From NCBI GenBank assembly GCA_041653675.1, contig JBAZEY010000004.1, positions 1,105 through 65,104 of the forward strand: 64,000 nt of DNA. Reading direction: 5' to 3'. This document shows, one piece after another, positions 48,571-56,848 of the stretch (positions are counted from its first letter, which is position 1; the number at the start of each line of letters is the position of its first letter). The stretch comes from Patescibacteria group bacterium. GTDB lineage: Bacteria > Patescibacteriota > Patescibacteriia > XYB2-FULL-38-15. Below the pieces are notes generated by a model. It was not told where the DNA came from and did no database searches. It was given only the letters and a program-made list of their open reading frames with translations. Made by a program: the position numbers and the translations under genes.

Positions 48571-49431
48571 TTATCTTTTGGAAATCTTTTTGATTATATC
48601 ACTGTATTCTTCGTCGCTGTAGAAATGAATGATTATGTGCCCCTTGCTTCCTCTTTTTTTAATTTCCACTTTCGTTCCAAAAACGCCACGTAATAATTCT
48701 TCTTTTGCCGCGAGCGCCGGATCGACTTTTCTTTGTCTCACTCCCTTTACTTTTCTGACAGCTCCTTCCACGTCGCGGACGGTCATTTCATTTTTTAAAA
48801 TTTTGGAAAAATATTTTAACTGCGATCTCTCATCGGGTAAAGACAAAAGTGTTCTGCCGTGGCTTTCTTTTATTTTCCCGCTTCGCAATGCTTGCAAAAT
48901 TTCTTCTGGCAAACTTAGCAGGCGTAAAGTGTTAGCGATGACCGGCCGGCTTTTCCCGACTCGCACGGCCACTTCCTCCTGCGTCAAACTAAATTCATCC
49001 ATTAATCTTTGAAATGCCCTGCCTTCTTCAATCGGATTTAAATTTTTTCTTTGGATATTTTCAATTAAAGCCAACTCTAGTTTTTCTTGATCCTTTGCCG
49101 TTCTGACAATTGCCGGCACGGTTCGAAGATTCAAAAATTTAGCGGCACGGAAACGGCGTTCGCCGGCGATTAATTCGTAATTTTCTCCATCAATTTTTGT
49201 GACAACAAGCGGCTGCAAAATTCCATGTTCTTTGATGGAATTTATTAAATCCTCTAAATCCTGATAACCAAAATCTTCGCGCGGCTGTTTGGGATTTGGC
49301 CTAATGTTCTTTACTGGCGCATCAATAAGGCGGACGCCTTGGGGCGCCGCTTCAGCTCCGGAAGAAAATGCTTGAATAATTTTTTTTGGTGGAATTAAAG
49401 AGTTTAGTCCCCTGCCCAAACCGTATGACAT
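48571..49431 (-). CDS. parB: Chromosome partitioning protein ParB/Spo0J
   Basis: GLGRGLNSLI, PNPKQPR, IAGERRFRA, ALIENIQR, HTH region VGKSRPVIANTLRLL. Confidence 0.96.
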   Translation of the reverse strand: MSYGLGRGLNSLIPPKKIIQAFSSGAEAAPQGVRLIDAPVKNIRPNPKQPREDFGYQDLEDLINSIKEHGILQPLVVTKIDGENYELIAGERRFRAAKFLNLRTVPAIVRTAKDQEKLELALIENIQRKNLNPIEEGRAFQRLMDEFSLTQEEVAVRVGKSRPVIANTLRLLSLPEEILQALRSGKIKESHGRTLLSLPDERSQLKYFSKILKNEMTVRDVEGAVRKVKGVRQRKVDPALAAKEELLRGVFGTKVEIKKRGSKGHIIIHFYSDEEYSDIIKKISKR

Positions 49432-49458
49432 ATCTTAAAAAAAATTAATTTCTAATTT

Positions 49459-50223
49459 TTAAAATCTGAATTCCAAAATTTCTCGCGCCAGTCTTTCGTA
49501 TGCTTTTGCTCCCTTGCTTTTTTCGTCGTAGTGCAAAATTGTTAAACCATGCGATGGAGCCTCGGCTAATCTGACGTTTCTCGGAATAACCGACCGAAAA
49601 ATTTTATTTGGAAAATATTGGTATAATTCTTTCAAAATCGCATCTGATAATCCAACACGGCTGTCAAACATTGTAATGACCGCGCCCAAAATTTTTAAAT
49701 CAGGCTTTAAATTGTCTTGAACAAGCTTAATTGTTTCCAATAATTGGCCAAGTCCTTCCAAGGCATAATATTCCGCTTGGACGGGAATAAAAACATGATC
49801 AGCCGCAGTCAGACTATTTATTGTAAGAAGTCCAAGCGACGGCGGACAATCAATAATGATGTAATCAAAATCATTTCGCGCTTCAAGAAGAGCATCATGC
49901 AGACGAAATTCTCGCCGGTCAGCCCCAACAAGTTCTACGTTTGCTCCGGCTAAAGAAACCGTGGCTGGAGCGACTTTATAACCCTGAATGGGGGTATTAA
50001 CAACAATATCGCGAAACGCGGCTCCTCCGGTAATGGCTTCGTAAATTCCTTTTTCTAAATTACGATGATCAATGCCAAGGCCAGAGGTAGCATTGGCTTG
50101 AGGATCCATATCAACAAGCAAAACAAATTTTCCGAGATGAGCTAAATAAGCGCCCAAATTCACGGCAGTCGTTGTTTTCCCGACTCCTCCTTTTTGGTTG
50201 ACAATAGAAATAATTTGAGCCAT
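49459..50223 (-). CDS. parA: Chromosome partitioning ATPase ParA/Soj
   Basis: NQKGGVGKTT, DPQANAT, IDCPPSLG, IPRNVRLAEAPSHG. Confidence 0.97.
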   Translation of the reverse strand: MAQIISIVNQKGGVGKTTTAVNLGAYLAHLGKFVLLVDMDPQANATSGLGIDHRNLEKGIYEAITGGAAFRDIVVNTPIQGYKVAPATVSLAGANVELVGADRREFRLHDALLEARNDFDYIIIDCPPSLGLLTINSLTAADHVFIPVQAEYYALEGLGQLLETIKLVQDNLKPDLKILGAVITMFDSRVGLSDAILKELYQYFPNKIFRSVIPRNVRLAEAPSHGLTILHYDEKSKGAKAYERLAREILEFRF

Positions 50224-50253
50224 AATGAATTATCTGCCCCTTAATATTAAATT

Positions 50254-50296
50254 ATTATACCCGAATATTGCTTTTTTGACAACTTTGGAGTAAAAT
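50254..50296. promoter_or_regulatory. Overlapping divergent promoters for parAB and tRNA-Leu
   Basis: Minus TTGTCA-17-TATAAT; plus TTGCTT-17-TAAAAT. Confidence 0.65.
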
Positions 50297-50310
50297 AAGA
50301 CTAAACTGAC

Positions 50311-50394
50311 GCCGATGTGGCGGAACTGGCATACGCGTGCGACTCAAAATCGCATTCCCTTACGGGATTGTGGGTTCAACTCCCACCATCGGCA
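50311..50394 (+). tRNA. tRNA-Leu(CAA)
   Basis: GCCGATG/CATCGGC acceptor, TGCGA-CTCAAAA-TCGCA anticodon arm, long variable arm. Confidence 0.93.
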
Positions 50395-50396
50395 CT

Positions 50397-50425
50397 TTGA
50401 CAAATTCTTAAAAACCTGTTATCCT
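50397..50425 (+). promoter_or_regulatory. sigma70 promoter for the tRNA-Met pair
   Basis: TTGACA-17-TATCCT with TG extension. Confidence 0.6.
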
Positions 50426-50439
50426 ATTAGATCAATTAT

Positions 50440-50514
50440 AGCGGGGTGGAGAAGTAGCATCTCGCCTGGCCCATAACCAGGAGACCGCCGGTGCAAATCC
50501 GGCCCCCGCAACCA
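50440..50514 (+). tRNA. tRNA-Met(CAT), probable initiator with atypical positions
   Basis: AGCGGGG/CCCCGCA with unpaired 1:72, CCTGG-CCCATAA-CCAGG, encoded CCA. Confidence 0.88.
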
Positions 50515-50540
50515 AAATTGTTATTTAGATTATATAAGTC

Positions 50541-50654
50541 AGGGACGGATTTTTAGGAAAGGGGTCGGGAAAACGTAGTTTTCCCGATTTGCGGAAATAT
50601 TAAAACCGCGGGGTTTTAAGGAGCGAAGCGACAAATCCGGCCCCCGCAACCAAA
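50541..50654 (+). repeat. Structured element ending in a 23-bp duplication of the initiator-tRNA 3' end
   Basis: CAAATCCGGCCCCCGCAACCAAA at both 50494-50516 and 50632-50654; internal hairpins. Confidence 0.8.
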
Positions 50655-50689
50655 CTTTTTGTCTTTTTAAATAAACCCAACAGTAGCAA

Positions 50690-50765
50690 GGCTGGGTAGC
50701 TCAATTGGTAGAGCGTGGGACTCATAAGCCCGAGGTAGTGGGTTCGAAACCCACCCCAGCCACCA
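50690..50765 (+). tRNA. tRNA with CAT anticodon, probably elongator Met (Ile2 not excluded)
   Basis: GGCTGGG/CCCAGCC acceptor, CTCATAA loop, GGTTCGAAACC, encoded CCA. Confidence 0.88.
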
Positions 50766-50772
50766 AAGTTAT

Positions 50773-51237
50773 ATGCTCTTAACAGTTCATGCTGCGGCCG
50801 GTGCTATAATCGGCCAACAAATCAATAACCCTATTCTGGCTTTTGTTTTAGCTTTTGTCTCCCACTTTATTTTAGACATGGTTCCTCATGGGGATCAAGA
50901 CTGGATTGACGAATATAAGGGCGACCAAAAGTCTAAAGTAAAAAAAATCATTAGTATTGTAGTGATTGATGCTGTGATTTTACTTGGTCTTTTAATCTCC
51001 AGATATTTTTATATAGATTCATTCATGCCAAGTTTAAACATCGCCGTGGGAATTTTGGGCGGAATTTTACCCGATCTTCTTGTCGCTTGTCATGAATTAT
51101 CGGACAAACTTTTCAAAAATATCTATAAGTTTCATTTTATAATGCACGATCTAATAAAAGTAAAGCAACCTACGATCGTTCAGAGTGTCGTATTTCAGGC
51201 GGTTATTTTGGGTGTCCTGCTTATTTATTTTATTTAG
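50773..51237 (+). CDS. Membrane protein, possible metal-dependent hydrolase (YdjM-like)
   Basis: HAAAG, SHFILDMVPH, LPD, FH..MH motifs among TM helices. Confidence 0.65.
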   Translation: MLLTVHAAAGAIIGQQINNPILAFVLAFVSHFILDMVPHGDQDWIDEYKGDQKSKVKKIISIVVIDAVILLGLLISRYFYIDSFMPSLNIAVGILGGILPDLLVACHELSDKLFKNIYKFHFIMHDLIKVKQPTIVQSVVFQAVILGVLLIYFI

Positions 51238-51245
51238 ATAAGATT

Positions 51246-51278
51246 AAACCGCCCCGTAATTATACGGGGCGGTTTTTT
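51246..51278. terminator. Terminator between convergent genes
   Basis: AAACCGCCCCGTA-atta-TACGGGGCGGTTTTTT. Confidence 0.8.
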
Positions 51279-51293
51279 GATATTTAATTTTCT

Positions 51294-52502
51294 CTATTTT
51301 GCAACTTCTTTATAAATCTCCAGCGTCTCGCGCGCGCATTTTTCCCAATTAAATTTTTGGGCCTGGACCACTCCCCTTTTTTTAAGATCCTCTTCGAAAA
51401 TTTTATCCGTCAAGATTTTTTCTAACGCCGCGGAAATTTCTTCGGGCCTGCCGGGGTCGACAAGTACCGCGGCCTGACCGGCAATTTCCGGCAAAGATGA
51501 TTTATCTGATGTAATAGTTGGCACACCAAGTGATAATGCCTCAAGAACCGGTAAGCCAAAACCCTCGTAAAAAGACGGGAAAACAAAACACGTGGCGCCT
51601 TTTATTAAAGTAAATTTTTCCCGGCCAGGCACATAGCCAATATATTTTATTTCTCCGCTCCCCCCTATTTTTTTTCTACACACTTCAATCTCTTTAAAAA
51701 TATTTTCATATTTCCATCCCCTAGCCCCAGCTAAAATCAACTGATATTTTTTGCCAAACTTATCGTCTTTCCAAACTAGCTTACAAAACGCTTTAACTAA
51801 ACCAACAATATTTTTTCTAGGTTCAATTGTTCCCAAAAACAAAATGTAATTATCTTTCAAGCCGTACTTTATTTTTAAATCTTCAAAACAAACCTCTGAT
51901 TTAACCCCGCAAACAGTATCCTTTTTTGACGGCAAATTTCTAAATTCCACCCCTTCGTAAATTACTTTTATCCTCTCCGGTTTTATTTTAAAAATTTCCG
52001 TAATATCTTTTTTAGTATGGTTTGAAACGGCAATTATTTTTGTTGCCTTTTTAAAACTCTTAGGAACTACTGTTTTCGTTGAAAATCTTTGGCCGATTAA
52101 AAATTTTCCCGGAAACCATTTTGGATTTTTATAGATAGCGAGATCATGAACCGTTATGATTGATTTTCCCTTATAGGCCAAAGGTAAAGTATAAGCTGGG
52201 GAATGGAAAACATCTAATTTTTCTTTTTCAATGGCGCTCGCCGTTAAGAGATGAGAAAAGGCAAAGGGCAAATAATGTTTGTATTGGTGAAATGGAAAAA
52301 ATTTTATTTTTACGTTCGGCGCGCCGGCAATCATCTCTTCTGCGGCGTCTTTGGAAAGTAAATTATCAAAAAAAAGAACATACTCGTTCTTTTTGTCTAT
52401 TTTTAATAGATTACTTACTAAAAAAAATGTGTAATGTCCAACGCCAGCGGCCTCTCCGTAACCAGGATTTAAGATAGTTCTGCAATCAATCCCAACGCGC
52501 AT
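51294..52502 (-). CDS. Glycosyltransferase family 4 (GT-B)
   Basis: ITVHDL, LGTIEPRKN, FPSFYEGFGLPVLEA. Confidence 0.93.
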   Translation of the reverse strand: MRVGIDCRTILNPGYGEAAGVGHYTFFLVSNLLKIDKKNEYVLFFDNLLSKDAAEEMIAGAPNVKIKFFPFHQYKHYLPFAFSHLLTASAIEKEKLDVFHSPAYTLPLAYKGKSIITVHDLAIYKNPKWFPGKFLIGQRFSTKTVVPKSFKKATKIIAVSNHTKKDITEIFKIKPERIKVIYEGVEFRNLPSKKDTVCGVKSEVCFEDLKIKYGLKDNYILFLGTIEPRKNIVGLVKAFCKLVWKDDKFGKKYQLILAGARGWKYENIFKEIEVCRKKIGGSGEIKYIGYVPGREKFTLIKGATCFVFPSFYEGFGLPVLEALSLGVPTITSDKSSLPEIAGQAAVLVDPGRPEEISAALEKILTDKIFEEDLKKRGVVQAQKFNWEKCARETLEIYKEVAK

Positions 52503-52511
52503 AATCTTTAT

Positions 52512-53480
52512 TTACCATTGATAATTTATAAAAGCCCAGTCAACCAATCCTTTAATCTCCTTAAATCTATCCTCTGTAGTCGCGCTGCCTAAAACTACGG
52601 CTACTATTTTATGCCCGCCGCGCATAACTTCCACCGCCAAATTATATCCGGATTCTTCAATATATCCGGTTTTACCTCCGATAAAATTATACGGATCATC
52701 ATTTAAAAAACTCCATAATAATTCATCTGTACTTTTTACATAATAAGTTTTCTCGCTATTGATCGGGCTAAAAACATACCTTCTTTGTAATGTCGCCGAT
52801 TTTATTTCTTCTCTTTCCATGGCCGCAGCAATAAGGCGAGCTATATCACGAGCCGTTCCTTGATTTTCCGGCAAAAGACCCGTGGGATCAACAAAAGTGG
52901 TATCTTTTAAACCAAGCTCTTCTGCTTTTTTATTCATTTCCACAACAAAATCTTTTTGTTCCATTCCCGTGGAACGTGCCAAAGCAATCGCGGCATTATT
53001 GACCGATCCAACCAAAGCCATATTAAATAAATCCTTAACCGTCACTTCTTCTGGCGAACGAGCATAAACTATCCCACCCTCACGATCGTCTGCCCTTGTT
53101 AAACGTACTTTTTTATTCCAATCCGGTTCGTTATCCAAAAAAACTAAAACTGTCATAAGCTTAGTTAAACTGGCCAGGGGTCTTTTTTCTTGAGAATTTT
53201 TTGCAAACAAAACCGTACCCGTTCCCTCATCAAAAACTAATGCCGATTTTGCCGTCGTTAAAATCCCAAGGCTCTTGCTGTCTCCTCTTTTCTGCGGCGC
53301 GCGAGGTTCGGCTCTCGGCAAACTAAATTGCTGGCTATCGCCTTCACTTTGTTGGTCAAATGTTTCTTCAAGATAATTTTCATTTGTCAAACCAGAAACA
53401 GCCGTCTCAGTGCTCTCCGGAGAATAAGCAGCGAACGGAGTAAAAATTAAAATTATGCTTAAGATGATAGAAAACATCAT
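52512..53480 (-). CDS. D-alanyl-D-alanine carboxypeptidase/endopeptidase (peptidase S11)
   Basis: ASLTK (SxxK), SVN, FVDPTGL, GGKTGY. Confidence 0.92.
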   Translation of the reverse strand: MMFSIILSIILIFTPFAAYSPESTETAVSGLTNENYLEETFDQQSEGDSQQFSLPRAEPRAPQKRGDSKSLGILTTAKSALVFDEGTGTVLFAKNSQEKRPLASLTKLMTVLVFLDNEPDWNKKVRLTRADDREGGIVYARSPEEVTVKDLFNMALVGSVNNAAIALARSTGMEQKDFVVEMNKKAEELGLKDTTFVDPTGLLPENQGTARDIARLIAAAMEREEIKSATLQRRYVFSPINSEKTYYVKSTDELLWSFLNDDPYNFIGGKTGYIEESGYNLAVEVMRGGHKIVAVVLGSATTEDRFKEIKGLVDWAFINYQW

Positions 53481-54049
53481 ACAGTTACTTTATCTTGTGG
53501 CGGTACGTCGGTTGATAAATTTAAAATTTTATCTAAAATTTCACTCTTGGATAATTTGTCATAATCGGGCAAATCGCTCGCCTTAGTAATTCCGAGATAA
53601 CGCAAAAAATCAAAGGTGATGTTGAAAAGTGGCTCGCCTCCCTTATCGGAACTTTTTGATTCCACTAAACCCTTGATCATTAAATTTCTTAAAATCAAAC
53701 TACAATTAACTCCGCGAATTTGTTCAAGGTCTGATTTTACTATTGGTCCGCGATAAGCAACGATCGTTAACGTCTCAAGCGCCGGGCGAGTAAGTTCACC
53801 CGTCATTTCATCTTTCAAAAAATCTTTCACCATTTTTGACGAATCTCCACAGGTGGACATTTGATATTCCCCGTCAATTTCCATTATCTTAATCCCTCTT
53901 TTATTTGTTTCACAATCTTCCGATAAATCTTTCAATAACTTTTTTACTTCCTCCTTTTCGCCGCCAACCTGCTCACATATTTTTTTCAAACTAAGCGGCC
54001 GACTTGCCACAAAAAGTAAACTTTCTATTTTTGATTTTAAATTAGCCAT
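53477..54049 (-). CDS. scpB: SMC-Scp complex subunit ScpB
   Basis: IESLLFVA, LETLTIVAYRGP, IRGVNC. Confidence 0.95.
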   Translation of the reverse strand: MANLKSKIESLLFVASRPLSLKKICEQVGGEKEEVKKLLKDLSEDCETNKRGIKIMEIDGEYQMSTCGDSSKMVKDFLKDEMTGELTRPALETLTIVAYRGPIVKSDLEQIRGVNCSLILRNLMIKGLVESKSSDKGGEPLFNITFDFLRYLGITKASDLPDYDKLSKSEILDKILNLSTDVPPQDKVTV

Positions 54050-54059
54050 AAATTATATT

Positions 54060-54764
54060 TTATATACTGTCTCCCTTTTTAATATTGATCTCACCAAACA
54101 TTTCTTCTTGCCGTACAATAATGTGTCTATGTTTTAAAAGTTCTAGCACGGCTAAAAAATGAACGATAATTTCCACTTTATTTTTCGCTTTTGAAACTAT
54201 CGTGTGAAATTTAATTTCAATATTTTGCCGGATCAGATCTCTGATGTGCTGTATTTTCTCTTGGATAGAAATTGCACTTTTAACTACGCCGCGAGGTAAA
54301 CGAACAATCGGTTCGAGGTCATCTATAATTTCGCGCATCACCTGAATCAATCTTTCCTTCGTGAGCCAGGTTGGTGGGTTAAATAAAATATCTCCTACTC
54401 CAAGCGGCGGACGTTCCCGGACAAAAGTAAAGCGTTTCCCCAAAATCATTTTATGAATTACAAGGGACGCATCGCGGTATTCTTTATAAATCTTAAGCTG
54501 CGCGGCTAAATCTGAACCATCATCTCCTTCAAGTTCAATTGAAGGCAAAAGAGCCTTAGATTTAATCCAAAGAAGTTTGGCGGCTACCACCAAAAAATCA
54601 GCCATCTCTGCTGGATTAAGATTGTCCATTCGCTCAATATACTCGACAAACTGATCAGCAATATGAGAGAGAGAAATATCCGTGATATTCATCTCCTCTT
54701 TCTCGATCATCTGTAGAAGGAGATCAAACGGACCCTCAAATTTTTCGATTTTTACTTGATACAT
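54060..54764 (-). CDS. scpA: Segregation and condensation protein A
   Basis: FEGPFDLLL, FLVVAAKLLWIKSKALLP, FLAVLEL. Confidence 0.95.
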   Translation of the reverse strand: MYQVKIEKFEGPFDLLLQMIEKEEMNITDISLSHIADQFVEYIERMDNLNPAEMADFLVVAAKLLWIKSKALLPSIELEGDDGSDLAAQLKIYKEYRDASLVIHKMILGKRFTFVRERPPLGVGDILFNPPTWLTKERLIQVMREIIDDLEPIVRLPRGVVKSAISIQEKIQHIRDLIRQNIEIKFHTIVSKAKNKVEIIVHFLAVLELLKHRHIIVRQEEMFGEINIKKGDSI

Positions 54765-54846
54765 CTTATAATTCCTAGCGAGCCCACAAGCAAAAACGAA
54801 GTTTTTATTTGGGGCGAGCGACGGAATTTCAAGCGCCGCAGCGCTT
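54765..54846. repeat. ~80-bp structured intergenic element, copy 1
   Basis: TTATAATTCCTAGCGAGCC...GGGCGAGCGACGGAATTT.AAGCGCCGCA; direct repeat of 55313..55396. Confidence 0.88.
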
Positions 54847-55312
54847 ATTTTTTCTTTCCAAAAATACCGAGAGTCCCGCCTGTCGCTTTAATAAAATTTT
54901 TCGCCGTCATTACTACCGACTCTTCAAATGTCCCTGCCCCCGCAATAACCTGTTTTGCTTTCAAAATTCCCTTATCTATATAAACTGGAACTTTGTAAAT
55001 TTGGCCGAAGGGTGAAAGGGCGCCGGGTTTAATTTTAAATACTTTTTTCATTATCCCTTCTTTTGGAATCTCAATTTTTTTCGCCTTAACTAATTTCTTT
55101 AATTTTCCCAGATCTAGCTTGTGAGAAGCCGGCAAGACGGCTAAAAGATAAACTTTATCCGCCTTTATTACCAAAGTTTTAGCAATATCGCCAAGTTTCG
55201 CGCCAAGTGTCTGAGCCACGTCGTAGGCTGTATAAACGGTTTTGTGTCTAACTATTTTATACTTAATTTTGGCTTTGTCAAGGTAGCTTAAAAGTTTTTT
55301 GGGGATAGCCAT
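54845..55312 (-). CDS. YbaK/EbsC (aminoacyl-tRNA deacylase) family protein
   Basis: HKTVYTA, IAKTLVIK, AVLPA, PGALSPFG. Confidence 0.88.
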   Translation of the reverse strand: MAIPKKLLSYLDKAKIKYKIVRHKTVYTAYDVAQTLGAKLGDIAKTLVIKADKVYLLAVLPASHKLDLGKLKKLVKAKKIEIPKEGIMKKVFKIKPGALSPFGQIYKVPVYIDKGILKAKQVIAGAGTFEESVVMTAKNFIKATGGTLGIFGKKK

Positions 55313-55396
55313 ATTTATAATTCCTAGCGAGCCGCAAGCGAAAGTTTACTTTCATTTAGGGCGAGCGACGGAATTTAAAGCGCCGCAACGGCGCTT
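55313..55396. repeat. ~80-bp structured intergenic element, copy 2
   Basis: Same ends as copy 1; the inner hairpin differs in sequence (GAAAGT-tt-ACTTTC vs AAAAAC-gaa-GTTTTT). Confidence 0.88.
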
Positions 55397-56825
55397 ATGT
55401 TTTTTTATTTTTTCTTAATCGTAAAACCTGCCAAACCATAACTGCAACCATCGAAGCTGCAAAAATTATCCAAGCAACTAAAACGGCGACCAGGGCGGCG
55501 CCTTCGTAACTATATGTCCAATATCCAAAACCGTAACTTGACCGAGCCAATAATACGAGCGCGCCAAACGTTACCGTAACTAAAAGGACCAAGCTCTGAA
55601 AAATCCAGGCAAGAGCTTTTATAACATTATTTTTTACAAAAATATGCAGGAGAGTACAAACTACAAAAATCAAGCCTGGGGGAGAAAGAATTCCAATCAC
55701 TAGAGAAATGCTAAGCATTACCAAAAAAACTAAAATTCCAACCAGAACATTTTCCCAATCCGCTTCGGGCACCCCAACTTCGTCATTATCCGAGGCGTCG
55801 CGAAGATATAGGTCATAGGTCATTTCCGACGGCTGCATATACCGCGATAGCTTTGTCAGATAATATTTTTTCTCTTCGGGCGCAATCCAATAATCTCCGT
55901 TCGATTCAATTGCTAATTTTTCAATATCTTTCGATTTCACCCAATCGGCGTAATTAGTAGTGAACCCAGGCAAATCTTTTTTATGATCGGCAAAAACATA
56001 AAGAAGAATATTCACGCCCGGCTGCCAGGGATAATAGTAATCTGAAATTGGCGCGGCCTCAATTGCAGAAGGGGCACTAACGGTCGCTCCCGCACTTCCG
56101 CCAACCGCCTGTCCACTTTTTATCCCGCCGCTCTCCATCATAAGAGGAACCGGTTCGGGATTAGGATATTTAAAATATTCGGCAATTCCGGAAATCTTCA
56201 ACGGAAAAACAATTTTCGAAGAAGAAAAAATAAATTTTAATGGCACGGCATGTCCTTGTCTCAATTGCGCCTCAACTCCCCCGCTCAATGATTTGGCATC
56301 AAGTTTGATGGCAGTAAAATACCATTTATTATTAATATAATCATCAAACAAATATTTTCCTTCTTCCGGAAATTGATATTTATTTTCCTTCAACCATTTC
56401 GTCAGAGCCTCTGGATCGTCGGCTTCAAGGACAGTAATGTCGTAATACTCATCCTTTTTTGTTTCAAGAACCGTTACGCCGCTCTCTTCCGCTGCCATGT
56501 CCCGCGACGCGCCGCTATACATTGGCATTACCCCATAATCATATTCTGGCGCAGTTAATTTGTTCAGGGCGGTAAAAAGTTCGTCAGTTGATTTTGAAAC
56601 CTCTGGGCGGGAAGGGGTTGGCACAATCCAACTAAAATTTTCCGCGTCACCCTGAAAAGTTACGGAAAGAATCATCGTTTCCGTACTTCCATTATGAAAA
56701 ATCACGGCTTTTTGATCAGTCTCCTGCATCCAATAATCTGGCGGTGGAAAAATCGCGCCATCAGCCTTCACAATTGCCGGCATCGCGAGAGCAATAATAC
56801 TAAGCGCAAAGATAATTTTTTTCAT
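55395..56825 (-). CDS. DUF2330-like exported protein with C-terminal TM helices
   Basis: Signal peptide (VKA-D), QKAVIF, FSWIVPTPSRP, LTKWLKENKY, VFPLKIS; about 4 C-terminal TMs. Confidence 0.7.
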   Translation of the reverse strand: MKKIIFALSIIALAMPAIVKADGAIFPPPDYWMQETDQKAVIFHNGSTETMILSVTFQGDAENFSWIVPTPSRPEVSKSTDELFTALNKLTAPEYDYGVMPMYSGASRDMAAEESGVTVLETKKDEYYDITVLEADDPEALTKWLKENKYQFPEEGKYLFDDYINNKWYFTAIKLDAKSLSGGVEAQLRQGHAVPLKFIFSSSKIVFPLKISGIAEYFKYPNPEPVPLMMESGGIKSGQAVGGSAGATVSAPSAIEAAPISDYYYPWQPGVNILLYVFADHKKDLPGFTTNYADWVKSKDIEKLAIESNGDYWIAPEEKKYYLTKLSRYMQPSEMTYDLYLRDASDNDEVGVPEADWENVLVGILVFLVMLSISLVIGILSPPGLIFVVCTLLHIFVKNNVIKALAWIFQSLVLLVTVTFGALVLLARSSYGFGYWTYSYEGAALVAVLVAWIIFAASMVAVMVWQVLRLRKNKKT

Positions 56826-56848
56826 AAACTAAACGAGTTAATATTTAA

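Noticed and set aside
54765-55396. CRISPR array or canonical integron
   Set aside because: Only two ~80-bp copies separated by a whole gene; no cas or intI gene and no attC core sites.
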